Source: Azolla caroliniana
Lineage: Eukaryota > Plantae > Polypodiophyta
Direction: 5' to 3'
DNA: 64,000 bases
Assembly: GCA_043228905.1 (NCBI GenBank)
Contig: JBHGNT010000012.1
Location: 13,826,001 to 13,890,000, forward strand
Shown: in pieces, positions 1 to 12,354 of the stretch
Numbering within the stretch: position 1 is the stretch's first letter
How the letters are laid out: each line of letters starts with the position of its first letter
Program-made: the position numbers and the translations under genes
Notes under the pieces: generated by a model
The model's input: the letters and a program-made list of their open reading frames with translations, nothing else
What the model was told of the DNA's origin: nothing
Databases searched by the model: none

Positions 1-1054
1 AACAAATTTAAAATAATTATTTCATTATTTTTCATATCGTGTATGAAGAACCACATGACATTCACCCCCACCAAACCTTCACATCCACCGATATGTGGCA
101 ATTGTGATGAGGTTCCTCTTTTGATTATTCTTTTTCAACCTCGATGCTCGAGGCTACATCGTCTAGAGCTTCGATTTCAAGATTTGGGGTCTCTCTTCTC
201 TTAAAGATCTCGATTCTCTTTCCTGCAATTGGCAAAGCAAGTCGAGTTCCATCTAACTCTGTTAAAAAATAGGTTGCATTGCTTTCAATTTTCTTGACCA
301 TATATGGGCCAAACCATCGTTTTGCAAACTTTCGAGTAGTGCTATATTGATTATCAAGGCTACTATCATAGACAAGTACCCAATCTCATTCTTCAATTTT
401 TCTTTGACGAGGACGATGCTTTTTATCAAAATTCTCCTTGTTCCTCAATCGAGCATAGCGCAACCGTTCTATTGCCAACTCGACATCTTCAGGCCTCCGT
501 TCTAATTGTTGAATCCTTGTAGCTAGCAAGTCTTCTCGACTCATTTCCTCTTGCCATGGCAAAGATTTCCACGAAGCAACACTTTGTTCGACCTATGCAT
601 GATCTGTATAGTCGTCCCGCCCGATCCACGTGTCCATGATCGAGCCGTACCGGACGTTCTGAACCGTCCTCCAAAATCATTTCAAGCAGTTCATCTACAT
701 CCATCCTTCCATCTAGGCAATTCGACCGCATTCGTCCATCCGAACATCTTAGGCCAATTAACCCTAACAGTTCTGTGCTTCAAACACACAGATATAAAGT
801 AATAAGTTATGGGTCTACTTATATACTGCCATATTTGATGTTATCCTATCTATGTGGGATATCTCACAGTTCTGTTTTCCTCATCTTCTCAACTTCATAC
901 TCACATAACTTGATACTTAGTTGTCCGTTTCATATGTAATAAGATGTGTTCGGAAACTCTTGAAGAAGTCCATCTTTTCCATATCAAACCATTAAGCTAT
1001 TCTAAAATAATTATTTCATTTTTTTTCATATCGTGTGTGAAGAACCACATGACA
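1..1054 (-). mobile_element. Internally deleted Ty3/Gypsy element of the E lineage: start of 3' LTR (1-60), PPT (61-76), integrase C-terminus (~80-592), partial 5' LTR (to 1054)
   Basis: The LTR end ATCGTGTRTGAAGAACCACATGACA occurs at 36-60 and 1030-1054. A minus-strand G-rich PPT (TGGTGGGGGTGAA) abuts position 60. Minus translation MSREDLLATRIQQLERRPEDVE...WVLVYDSSLDNQ...KFAKRWFGPY matches the element E integrase (21687-22544). Right flank is CCGG. Confidence 0.85.
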
Positions 1055-1415
1055 CCGGTGAGCCGTGGCACAAGAGGTTGTGCCACATGAGCCAGAAGGG
1101 AATGCGGAGACTTGTCGAGGAAAACCTCATTTTGGAGGTGAAAGACGTGCAACTTGAGAGATGCACCGTTTGCTTAGCTGACAAACAAAACCGAACCTCC
1201 TTTTGGACAAGATCACCGATGAGACGGAATGCACCGTTGGAACTTGTGCATACCGATGTATGCCAAGTGGACACGAAGTCACATGCTGGGTCGTAGTACT
1301 TCGTGACCTTCATAGATGACTATAGCCGGAAGTTGTGGGTCTCGCCGTTGAAGATGAAGGACCAGGTATTATCTGTCTTCAAGGAATTCCACACAAGAGT
1401 GGAAAGGGAAACCGT

Positions 1416-2759
1416 TGTCGTGAAAATCCGTCACTATGTGCGGATCGTGAGACGGAACCGCCAAGGTTCTGGACTAGAAGGATTTAGAGCAACATGTACA
1501 ACACAAGCAAGTTTTAAGCATAAGACAAGTGGGAGAGACAAATCATTAGATTATTGCAAAAGAAAATCGATTCTTAATAATTTCAAAATCTAGTTACAAT
1601 GGGTTGGGTATGGAAATGAGAGATTAATTTTTCAAAGAAAGGAGCCAACAACCATGCAAGGAGTGGTTTGATATGAATACGAGAGATAATTTTTGACCAA
1701 AAAGATCGAGTAAACAAAGCTAGGAGTTTGATATCAATATGTGAGATAATTTTTTTCTCAAAAACCTAGAGGGAAGAAGAAGGAAGAGGGGAAAAAAAAA
1801 CTAGTAGGGAAAAAAAATGGGACATATATCCAGCTCCTCGTTGATCCTCCCTCCCCAATGTTACTTTGCATGCCCACTTTTAGTTGGATGGCCTCTATTT
1901 TTAGTTGCATGCTTCCATTTTTAGATGCATGCCTTTTACTTTTAGTTGCATGGCCTTGGCTTTTGGTTGCATGCGATTGTTCGTATAATTCGGCCAAATG
2001 ACCCAATCATCCATAAAGTTTAGCCCGTGCGCAATCCGTACGTGCGTCGCAACCAAACCGTAGACGCGTCCACGCATGCGCACGTCCCGATCGCGTCGTG
2101 TACGCATCCGCGCGCTCATCCGCACACACGCGCCCGCACGCAAAAGTACCAACCACGCCGCAATGTACGCATCCACGCATCCTGACCGCGCAATGTACGC
2201 ATCCGCACGCTCATCCGAAAAGTCCACGCAACCGTGCACGCGTACGCCCGAAACTTGCACACGTGCGTACATCTGAAGATGTCCACGTGGGCATGCACAT
2301 GCACATACACCCGAAGCGTTAACACGGCCGTGCATACGCACATACGCACATATGCCCGAAGTGTTAAACACGACCGTGCATACGCACATACGCCCGAAGC
2401 GTAATCACGACCGTGCATACGCGCGTATGCCTAAAGCGTGCAACACACCACACAATATAGCCCAAGTCACCTTGAACATTCTGTGTTCCACACATTGATA
2501 GAATGAATATGTTTTGGTTTCCCTTATATATCCTGGGTTCCAATGTTGTCCTATCTATATGGGATATCTCACAATTTTGTCTTTTCTTTCTTCTTCTTCA
2601 AACTTCAAACTCACATAGCTTGATACTTGTTTATCCGTTTCATGCGTAGTAAAATACGCTATGAAACTCTTTAAGACACCTATCTATATGAATACATTAA
2701 GCTAATCTTAAATAATTATTTTACTAGTTTTTATATTGTGTGTGAAAAACCACACGACA
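1416..2759 (-). mobile_element. Solo LTR (1344 bp), E lineage, 4-bp TSD CCGT
   Basis: Termini TGTCGTG...CACGACA. CCGT at 1412-1415 and 2760-2763. The right end is homologous to the LTR ends at 1-60 and ~840-1054. Confidence 0.85.
1860..2445. repeat. Tandem degenerate repeats inside the solo LTR: ~21-bp TTTAGTTGCATG units (1860-1980) and CG-rich alternating purine/pyrimidine units such as GCATACGCACATACGCCCGAAGCGT (2030-2445)
   Basis: Repeated units read directly from the sequence. Confidence 0.8.
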
Positions 2760-3307
2760 CCGTCTGGAAGCTGAACGTGGTTCAAGCGGACAACGAAGGC
2801 GAATATCGGGGGTAGTTCGAGGAGTACTACCGATCGAAGGGAATCTGGCTCGAATTCACTGTGCCGAAGAACCGGAGCTCAATGGATTGGCCGAAAGGAT
2901 GAACCGGACCGTGATGGAGAGAGTTTGGAGCATGTTGGCACATGCTAAGTTGTCTAAGACATTTTGGGCTGAGGCGCTGATGACAGCAACTTACGTGATA
3001 AATTGATCACCCTCAACACCCTTGGACGGAGACACACGATAGAGAGTATGGACCGGTAAAGACGTGCCTTACCGACATCTGAAGGTGTTCGGTTGCCTCG
3101 CCTATGTGCATGTAGCAAAGGAAAAGAGAGCAAAGTTGGATCCGAAGTCCCGACTATGCATATTCCTTGGATATGGTGATGATGAGTTCGGCTACAAAGT
3201 GTGGGACTTGGTGGACAAGAAGGTCTTCCGGAGTCGAGACATAGTCTTCATGGAAGATAAGCTATTACTAACTAGGAGTCGGAGAAGAAGATAGCTGACT
3301 CCGGATC

Positions 3308-4346
3308 TGTTATAGACATGACCATATAATATCCAGTGGTGAGAATTTACCGTAGTATTCTATACACATGGATAAACTGTGATGGTTCAACGAGAGTGTA
3401 AAGCAGGGGAGGATTACTTTTAATCTTCGGGATTGAGACAACCCATTAGGGCCAAGTGTGAACTTGCTTGGAGGCCTTAGATCTGGCTATAAATATGAGG
3501 CCCAACTACCCTCATTGGACACATTATCGACTACGTAGAGACTCTGATATTGTGGTGGGTCAACTCTTATAGCGAGCACGCCAGGACTAGGTACAACTTG
3601 ACACCACGACGGTGGTATGGGACACCGACTGAGGCTCGAGTCCGTCTCAATCCCTTCGCTCGGGGGTGGTCGGGTGGATCAACACCCTTCTTTCTCTCAC
3701 TCCTCTCTTATTTATCTATCTTTTATCCTTATCATATGCTTACATTAGTAACTAAGCTCTAACAACTGGTATCAGACACATGTTTCCTTTAATGATTGTT
3801 TTTTTTTCTTGTTGGATGGCTATCGATTGATGCACAATCGAGCTTGATCTAGATAGCTATCAACAAAGGAACTTCAATAACTCTTTCTTATTATTTTTTC
3901 TATTCTTTCTTCTCCCAATCTAATCATGCATAAACGCTAGCGCATTTAGAACAGGTAATATGTCGCATTCCTTTATTGATAAATACATGAGATGTCCAAA
4001 ATTACTATTTTTTAACAAACTTTCAAGAATGTATCACGCATGTGCACATGACTTTTAAAAACATCATTAAAAACACAGTTAATATTATCAAGATTTCAAA
4101 TTTAACCTATATTTTCTCAATTCATACACAAATTTATCCTAATATTAGGTTAGATTACGGGAATGCTTCCAACTGTAATTGTAATATGCTTCACTTTACA
4201 TAATGTTGAATTTGAATCCAACTTAACAATTTTAGAAATACAATGTTGTTGCTATATTTGTCTCTAACTCCTATAAAGGTTGTTATATTAAATTAACAAA
4301 TAACATTTTTGGAAATAATTAGAAATATATTCACATGCCCAAAAAC
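3308..4346 (+). mobile_element. Chromovirus F' (family of F and G): 5' LTR 3308-3764, tRNA-iMet PBS 3767-3776 and start of 5' UTR; interrupted at 4347
   Basis: TGTTA...TAACA LTR is homologous to 61356-61811 and to the reverse complement of 41553-42008. TGGTATCAGA lies 2 nt after the LTR, and the following UTR resembles the reverse complement of 41373-41538. Confidence 0.9.
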
Positions 4347-4821
4347 TGTCAGGAAACATGTCCCTCTGGATGGGAAGAGAAGTACCATGTTGGTGAGTAT
4401 CTCGGCTGAGGCCGAAATCAAAATCGAAAACCGAAATCATTTCGGAAGACTATAATTGTAAATAGTCTAAAATGCCCCTTGTGGGCTATACTTGTAAATA
4501 GCCAGAAAGTTGGTTTTGTTTATAAGCAACTAGGGCAAACTTTAGTAAGTAGTAGTTGATCATTATTGAAAAGTTAGAATGAGGTAGTTGCCTCTGTAAC
4601 CGTGAGTGAGAGAGTGAGAGTGTAACTCTATAGCCGTCTATCAGACAAAGGAGAACTCGAGGTCGTTGCCTCCGAGTTCCGTATTTGTACTTCCTCTCTA
4701 CTATAGTGATCTGTATTCTCGGGGTTTGTGGACCCCCGTTGTTTTTCACCATTTTGGGTTTTCCACGTAGAATATCGGTGTCTCTATGTCTTCACGGTTT
4801 TTCTGTCCGTGTACTAGTTCT
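4347..4821 (+). repeat. Copia O 5' LTR, left part (continues at 43894-43950)
   Basis: Begins TGTCAGGAAACATGTCCCTCTGGATGGG, similar to the solo LTR at 42121. It is broken at TSD GTTCT by copia A. Confidence 0.8.
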
Positions 4822-5444
4822 TGAAGAGAAATGCACGGAATATCACTCGGCCACAACCGAGTAGTAAATCACTTCTATAAGAATCAAACACAGAAATGGG
4901 AAGTGTAGAGTACACAAGAAAATGACACCGGACGTTTACGTGGAAAACCCTAATAGGGAAAAACCACGGGAGCCCACAGATTTCGAACTATCACTATGAA
5001 GAGAAGGGGTACAATCAGAGACTTGGAGGCAACGACCTCGAGCTCTATTTCTTCGCACAATGGCAGTTACAACAGAGTATCACTCAGTATCTCTCCCTCT
5101 CCCTCTCCCTCTCCCTCTGTACAACAGTTACAACAATATGACAATAACACAACACCACACAACACTACACCAAAGTGATTGCCCTAAGTCTATTTATAGT
5201 TATATGAACTTAGGGCTATTTACAAATATAGCCTCAATGGGCTTATTCAAGACATATTTACAAATCTGTCTTCTCTTCCTGTTCTCACCGGGTCCACCGA
5301 TCCGGTTTCCGGATCCCTTCCGGTTCTCACTGGCTCTCTTCCGGTTCTCACCGGGTCTCCTCCGGTTACCGGATCTCTTCCGGTTCTCACCGGGTCCTCT
5401 TTATTCATTACCGGATCCCATCCGGAGAGGCCGATTTCCCAACA
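4822..5444 (-). repeat. Copia A 3' LTR (623 bp), with CCGG-rich U3 repeats
   Basis: TG...CA termini, homologous to 43298-43888, next to PPT GGAGTGAAGGGGGAGAT. Confidence 0.95.
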
Positions 5445-5454
5445 ATCTCCCCCT

Positions 5455-7324
5455 TCACTCCAGTATGGGATTTCTTGTAAGTCCGATCCGCTTCCAGCAT
5501 GCATCCAGCTTGTCGGGTGTCAGCACCTTGGTCAACATATTCGACCCGTTCTCCTCCGGGTGGATCTTCGTCAACACGAACTCTCGATCTTCAACTCGCT
5601 CCCTGTTCCAGTGGTACCTGCGCGTTCTTTGCAAGGTGGATATCACTTTGATTGTCGCAGTAGAGCCGGTATTCCTCTTACCGAATCCCTAGCTCTCCGA
5701 TGAAGTCCTTAATCCATAATATTTCCTTGCCGGATTCCACGGTTGCCATGTACTCCGCCTCCGTGGTTGACAATGAAACCGTCTTCTGCAGCCTCGATTG
5801 CCACGAAACGGCTCCCCCTGCATAGGTCATGACATATTCAGAAGTTGACCGACTGGTGTTCACATCAGCCGACATATCTGAATCGGTAAATCCTTCCATG
5901 AGGGGTTTACTGGAGCCGAATCGGAGGCACATACCCAAAGTGCCCTTCACGTACCGGAGTATCCATTTTACCGCATTCCAGTGCTTTTTTTCGGGGTTGG
6001 CCATGAACCGACTCACCACTCCAACTACGTATCTAATATTTGGTCGAGTACACACCATTGCGTACATCAAGCTCCCGACCGTAGAGGCATATGGAATCTT
6101 CATCATATCTGCCTTCTCTGCCTTTGTCTTCGGGCTTTGCTTACCGGATAATCTGCAGTTTGCTGGGAGTGTCGATCCGAACGGTTTTGCTTCTAACATG
6201 TTGAACCGCTGAAGCACCTTTGACACATACTTTTCCTGTGACAGGCACAATTGCTTCTTCGACCGGTCCCGGATGATGTGCATCCCCTGTATCTATCTTG
6301 CCGGACCCAAGTCTTTCATTGAGAAGGTCCAATTAAGGGCCGTCTTCAGCATCTGTATCTTGACTTGGTCTCGTCCGATGATAAGCATGTCGTCCACGTA
6401 CAGGAGCAAATATCAGGAAATCTCCTCCATCAAATTTCTTCACAAACACGCAGTGATCGGCCTACATCTTGTGGTACCCTTGATCGATCATGAAGGAGTC
6501 AAACTTCCGGTACCATTGCCGGGGAACTTGCATCAGTCCGTATAAGCTCTTCTTCAGCTGGCACACCAGGTGCTCCTTCCCTTTCTTCTCAAATCCTTTT
6601 GGTTGATGCATGTAGATCTCTTCTTCGAGGTCTCCATGTAGGAATGCCGTCTGACGTCTAGTTGCTCTTACCTCGAGGTCCATGCTTGCCGCTATGCCCA
6701 ATACCGTCTGGATGGATGTCATCTTTACTACCGGGGCAAAGATCTCTCCTTTCTTCTACTGGAAGCCCTTCACCACGATTCGGGCCTTATACCTTGGTGG
6801 ATTTCCGGCGTCTCCCAGTTTCAGCTTGTACACCCACTTGTTCTGGAGTGCCCTCTTTCCTTTCGGCAACTCCACCAATTCGTATGTGTGGTTCTCATGC
6901 AAGGAATCCATCTCATCCTGCATGGCATTCAACCACTTGCGGCTGTGGGTGTCTCCCCTTGCTTCTTCAAAGCTTTCCGGCTCCCCCTCATCGGTTAGAA
7001 ACACATGCTCTGCATCCGGAAAACTTCCAGGGGCTCTTCTCTCCCAGAGAGGATATCTCCGTCTTTGGTTTCTTACTGTCGGTTCCTCCTTTTGTTCCTC
7101 ATCCTCATCCGATTCGGGATCTTTGTCCGGTTCCGGTGTCTTCTTCTTCTTTCCGGCCGATTCGTCGAGTGTCATCCGGGTATATCCTTTTGTCCTCAAA
7201 CCAGTTTTCAATGGATGATCCAGAGTTGGTTACCTTCTTCTCCGACTCCCAGTCGGCAATGGTCTTGTCTTCCATGAAGACAATGTCCCGACTCTGGAAC
7301 ACCTTTCGGTCGACCAGATCCCAT
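5455..7324 (-). pseudogene. pol: Copia A reverse transcriptase and RNase H (frameshifted)
   Basis: Motifs RYKARIVVKGF, TAFLHGDLEEEIYM, KSLYGL, LLYVDDMLII, LSQEKY and SLSTTEAEY. Confidence 0.95.
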
Positions 7325-7339
7325 TGTCATGATATGGCA

Positions 7340-7394
7340 GGACTCGAACCCATGACCTTATGGTATATGGGTCGAGCTCCTAACCATCACACCA
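7340..7394 (-). promoter_or_regulatory. tRNA-like Pol III A box and B box in B U3, facing outward
   Basis: Minus strand TGGTGTGATGG-N33-GGTTCGAGTCC. The copy in the 3' LTR at 16472-16526 has A box TGGTATAATGG. Confidence 0.65.
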
Positions 7395-7470
7395 TCTATT
7401 GTAATTTGTAGGATATTATTTTCATTTATGCTTTATTATAAGAAATTAATGTATATTCCAGATTTCTCTT

Positions 7471-7488
7471 GAACATTCTAGAAGCTTC
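7471..7488. promoter_or_regulatory. Heat-shock element upstream of the B TATA box
   Basis: GAAcaTTCtaGAAgcTTC is four alternating nGAAn units. A related array lies at 16590-16617. Confidence 0.65.
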
Positions 7489-7740
7489 AGGACTACTCCT
7501 CAGAGCACTATAAAAGGAGACACAAGGCATTGTTTTGAACCAAATTGGTTTAACGCCAGTCTTAAGCCTCTTAGCCACTTTGTACTTATCCTTCACATAA
7601 TATATTAGCTGTAATCATCATCTCTCTCTCTCTCATCCTCGCTATCTCTTATCCTTCATTATTCCTGACAATTTGAACCAATTTTCCTCCTCAAGCCTAC
7701 TTGTTATTCTCCCTCATCCTCCTACCCTTTTCCCTATACT

Positions 7741-8221
7741 ATGGCTACTGTTAGCGCCCAAGAATATCAATCCATTTTCTCCGAGCTACAATGCCTAAAA
7801 GAAAAATTGGTTGCCTTGGAACAAGAAAACCAACAGCTGATAGGGGATCTGCAACAAACCGCTCTAGAAAAACAACAAACGTAGCAACAACATGGGGAGT
7901 TAGCGTTACGGGTACAACAACTCGAAGCAACATTGCAACAACAAGGATCAAGTCCCCAAGGATTTCATAAAGAGCCGAAGATTGGACTTCCTGTGAAAAT
8001 TTGATGGAACGCGATTGCAATTCAGGGGATTCCTTAATCCAAATGCATCCTTCCTGATTAGTCATCCAAATGCATCCTTCCTGATACCCCACTGATGCAT
8101 CCCGAGTCGGCCTAATAGGCATGTTGCTTAGCGGCTCAGCCTTAGCATGGTTTGCTCTGCTTCTAGAAAAACAATCGCCCTTGCTTAATAACTTTGAAGA
8201 TTTTATTAGTGAGTTTAAAGT
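7741..8221 (+). pseudogene. gag: B gag N-terminus (continues at 14067-14754)
   Basis: MATVSAQEYQSIFSELQ...ALAWFALLLEKQSPLL is homologous to C gag and carries frameshifts. Confidence 0.85.
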
Positions 8222-8272
8222 TGTCATGACTTGAGAATAGGAGAGAAAAAAATAAGATGACAGTAGAAGGTA

Positions 8273-8320
<48 letters not shown>

Positions 8321-8458
8321 ACACTAGAAATGGAAAGAGAGTTTATATTATAAGAGAGCAAGGATTACAAAGAGTAGGCTAAGGGGCTACAAACTGGTGT
8401 TGAACCAAATGAGTTATGATGAATGAATAGACACCTATTTATAGGTCCTTATGGAGTA

Positions 8459-8590
8459 TTCTAGAATGTTCTAGAATGTTCTAGAATATTTTAGATATTT
8501 ATGATATTTAATATAATCATGGAATATCCTAGAATGTTCTAGAATACTCTAGATTGTTCTGGAATACTCTAGAATGTTCTAGAATACTCT
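8459..8590. promoter_or_regulatory. Two heat-shock element arrays in C U3 (copy at 13790-13921)
   Basis: TTCtaGAAtgTTCtaGAAtgTTCtaGAA is six perfect pentamers about 15 bp upstream of the minus-strand TATAAATA. A longer, partly degenerate array lies at 8522-8590. Confidence 0.7.
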
Positions 8591-8644
8591 AAATGTCTTG
8601 TAATAACTAATAATACATTTATTATAACTATACATCATATATGT

Positions 8645-8699
8645 TAGTATAATGGTTAACGGTCTAACATATAGACCAAGACGTCTTAGGCTCGAATCC
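8645..8699 (+). promoter_or_regulatory. tRNA-like A box and B box in C U3, facing outward (copy at 13976-14030)
   Basis: TAGTATAATGG-N33-GGCTCGAATCC with an internal stem GGTCTA/TAGACC. Confidence 0.65.
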
Positions 8700-8722
8700 T
8701 TCTAAGGCCAAAATGTATGTCG

Positions 8723-10081
8723 TCATGACATTATCCCCTTTTTTTGACGACGAGTTCCACGAGTCGGAAGACAAGATTTCGGACTTGGCTTATGAGGATA
8801 TTTGCTGTGAAATGCAGCAACCATTTCGGAGGCATTAGCAAGATTCTCAAGAGGTTCCCATGTTCGATCATTAGGTGTATAACCTAACCAGTCAACCAAA
8901 TAATACAGTTTGTTGCGAACGATCTTGGAGTCGAGAATGGCAGCAACTTCATATTCGGAGCCATCCGAAACTTCGATTGGAGGTGGGGGAGATGTACGAC
9001 GGCCTGGAATAGAGCTAGTTGTGTACGGCTCCAAAAGTGAAACATGGAAGACCGGGTGAAGATGCATATGAGGGGGAAGATCAAGGTGAAATGCCACATC
9101 ATTGATCTTACCAGATATCACATATGGGCCAAAACGTTGATAATTCAATTTGCAGCAAGGTCGGGTTGTTTTAATGCGACCTTGTAAAAGCCATACTCGA
9201 TCCCCCACTTGAAACGTAGTCGATGAATCACGTCGATGACGGTCGGCAACCTTCTTTTGAGTGTTTTGAGCATCACATAAATGGTGCAAAAGGATATCTT
9301 GAACTTCTTGGAGTCGGGTGAGCCGATCTTCAGCAGCCGGGTTTGTCAAGAGTTCGGGATGTTCAAGCATAGTCCAACGAGGATGGTACCCAATGTTTGC
9401 AAAAAATGGGGAATATCCAGTAGAAGAATGTTCTGAGTTATTGTAAGCAAATTCCGCCAAATGTAATAGATCAACCCAATCATCTTGTTGATAGTTGACA
9501 AAACAACGAAGATATTGCTCTACTGTTTGGTTGGTGCGCTCACTATGTCCGTTAGTTTCTGGATGGTAGCCGGAAGAGAGTTTGCAAGAAGTATGTAAGA
9601 GTTTGAACATGTGCCGCCAAAATTTTGAGATGAACTGGGGACCCCGATCACTGATAATATCATCAGGAAGACCATGATGCCGAAACACCTCTCGCATGAG
9701 TAACTTGGCTGTCTCTTGGCTCGTAATGGCCTTTGTGCAGGGAAGAAAATGTGCCATCTTGGTAAAACGATCTACTACCGTGAGAATAGAATCAAAACCC
9801 TTGGAAGATGGTAGATCTGTAATGAAGTCCAATGAAATAGATTCCCATGGACTCTCATGAATAGACATTGGCTGTAATAAGCCATATGGATGATGTCAAG
9901 GTTTTTTGGATTGGCAACATGTATCACAACTACGAACATAATCCGTAACAAAATGGTGAAGTCGTGGCCACCAATACCTTCGAGAAATTAACGTCAAAGT
10001 CTTGTGGATGCCAAAATGTCCAGCCATTGGTGTATCATGACATTGTTGAAAGAATTGGAGTCGAGAAGGACCATGAGGCAC
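8723..10081 (-). pseudogene. pol: C integrase with C-terminal chromodomain (frameshift near 9890)
   Basis: HDTPMAGH...CDTC zinc finger, ISLDFIT, DRGPQF, GPY motif, and chromodomain EYEVAAILDSK...YLVDWLGY...TWEPLENL. Confidence 0.95.
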
Positions 10082-10156
10082 ATATAAGAGATTTTGTCGA
10101 AAAAGTAAACCATCATGCCAATTGAACTGGTTGTAGTCTTGACGAGGATTTTGAGA

Positions 10157-12354
10157 TTATGAACAAGAAGCACGATCTGGGATAATATGGTTCAGAATAT
10201 CTTGGGCAAATTCATCAGTCTCAATATGCTCCCGAATTGTGTCTAGAAGACTTGAATCCTCGGGTGTGTCTATAGCATGAAAAGCCATTAGTCGTAGACG
10301 GTCAGGACCCAAGAGGATTTGCTTCTGACTTTCAAATGCGGCCTCTCCTGGTTGAAGTTCCATATATGAATGCTGAGATAAAGCATCTGCTTTGCCTTGT
10401 TGCGTCCCAGGGTGATATAGAATTACGAAATCAAAACGAGTTAAAAATTGCGCCCAACGAGCTTGTCGACGACTCAAGACTCGAGCACTTTGGAAGTACG
10501 TTAGATTTTTGTGATCATTATAGACAATGATTTGTTGAGACGAACCCTCCAAAAAATGACGCCATTGTTGAAAAGAATCCACAATGGCAAGAAGCTCTTT
10601 GTTGTGAATCTCATTGTTGATTTCTGCAGCTTTGAATTTCCGTGAATGAAAAGCCACAGGGTGTAGTTGGCCATCATTGCTAATCTGGGATAATACGCTT
10701 CCTAGTGCGAAGTCAGATGCATCAGCTTCCAGTATAAAGCGCTTCAATGGATCAACATGCATCAAAATTGGTGCGGATGTAAATGCTTGCTTTAATCCTT
10801 CAAATGCAGAGTTTGCATTTATACTCCACACAAATGGTTGATTCTTCTGTGTTAGTTGAGTGAGGAGCAATACGATCTTTGAATAATCTTTGATGAACTT
10901 GCGATAAAAGTTTGCGAACCCTAAAAAACATTGTACATCTCGCACAGACTGTGGTGTTTGCCAATCCAAAACTGTTTGAACCTTTGCTGGATCCATAGAG
11001 ATGCCATGTGAAGAGACTATATACCCCAAAAATTCCACTTGACGCTGGTCAAAGCTGCACTTCTCCAATTTTGCATAGAGACCATATTCACGCAACCGTT
11101 GCAAAGCTTGTCGAATGTGTATATCATGATCCTCTTGAGTTTTTGAGTAGATCAAGATATCATCTAGGTAAATTATGACGAAAATATCGAGGAAATCTCG
11201 AAAAATGTCATTCGCCATATGTTGGAAAACTACTGGTGCATTCGTGAGACCAAATGGCATCACTATATACTCAAAATGGCCATAGGGAGTATGAAAAGCA
11301 GTCTTCCATTCATCCCCAGGACGAATTCGAACAAGATTGTAAGCACCTCGAAGATCTAACTTTGTGAAATACTTAGTTCCATTGAGGTGTTCCAGAAGGC
11401 TCGAAATCAATGGTAGAGCATATCGGTTTCGAATAGTTACTTTATTCAATCCTCGATAATCCACAACGAGACGAAGCGAACCATCTTTCTTCTTAACGAA
11501 AAATATGGGTGCACCGGCAGGAGATCTTGAATGCTGAATAAACCCATTCGTCAAGTTCTCATCGATATATTCCCGAAGAGCCTCTAACTCCGTGGGTGAA
11601 AGGTTATAAATTGGCCCTCATGGAGGCTCTTTTCCGGGCTGCAAATCAATCGGGCAATCATATGGTCGATGCTCTGGTAGTCTATTGGCCTTCACCTTAT
11701 CAAAAACATTGGAGAATTCTATATATTTCTTCGGTAGTTGGACCCCCGATTATTGTGAGCTCGATGTGGGAGTTGCTAAAACTGTGAACACCAACATGTC
11801 TTCCTTCCGACCTTCCTCACGTAATTGATGTATAGAGATTGTCGAAATCTTTTGGAATGTAGTATCCTTTGTTGGAGTTTTAAGAGGCTCAAACTGTATT
11901 GTGACTTCTTCAATGGTTCTTTTTCTCCAATCAATAGTTGGGTTATGTAGCTCAAACCATGGAAGACCAAGAACTAGGGAGTGCTCTGGACTACTAATGA
12001 TGGTGAATGAGATGACACTAGCCAAATTGCCTAGGACTACATGAATTGGTTCAGACTCTTCAACTATATCACCCGATGCTATGGGGCGTCCATTAATGAC
12101 TCCGACTGACACTGGACTTGGGAGCTTATGCAACTGAATATTATGCATTACAGCAAACTCACGATCCATGAAACAAGAGTTGGCTCTAGAGTCTAAGAGG
12201 GCAGAAGTTGGGACTCGATGGCACCTAGATGTGTTAAGCTCAACGTGTGCAGAGAAAAATCGACTAACTTGACCAGATGAAATGGAACCACAACTAGGGA
12301 TGGACGTTACATGCCTAGGGCTGTCCAACCAAATGGCTCCGATTTTAGCCGGAC
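10157..12354 (-). pseudogene. pol: C protease, reverse transcriptase and RNase H
   Basis: ALLDSRANS (protease), [10 protein letters not shown] and YLDDILI (RT), EADASDFALG (RNase H). The frame is broken near 11750. Confidence 0.95.

Larger units (their letters stand above)
1055..3307 (+). pseudogene. pol: Ty1/Copia element Z fragment (GAG-pre-integrase and integrase), split by solo LTR 1416-2759 and cut at 3308 by F'
   Basis: Motifs WHKRLCHMS, LELVHTDVC, FIDDYSRK, ELNGLAERMNRT, HLKVFGCLAY and KVFRSRDIVF. Removing the insert and one CCGT copy restores ERETVWKLNVVQADNEGEY in frame. Confidence 0.9.
7325..7670 (+). repeat. B 5' LTR (346 bp)
   Basis: TGTCATGA...CCTGACA, homologous to 16457-16899. 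TATAAAA at 7509. Confidence 0.9.
8222..8730 (-). repeat. C 3' LTR (509 bp)
   Basis: TGTCATGA...TCATGACA. Differs from the 5' LTR mainly in AG repeat count. Confidence 0.95.

Noticed and set aside
1901-2418. Overlapping C/V/R/A-rich ORFs
   Set aside because: They are translations of the alternating purine/pyrimidine repeat in the solo LTR and show no domain signal.
5060-5692. 210-aa ORF with FRFSPG repeats
   Set aside because: It is an antisense reading of the copia A LTR repeats and RNase H tail, and is not kept open in the partner LTR.
8459-8590. 10-bp periodic repeats as a CRISPR or satellite
   Set aside because: There are no unique spacers and no cas genes. They lie in LTR U3 and are better read as HSE arrays.
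8638-8712. Functional tRNA gene
   Set aside because: There is no convincing acceptor stem, the anticodon loop is abnormal and the B box has a mismatch. Reported only as a tRNA-like module.
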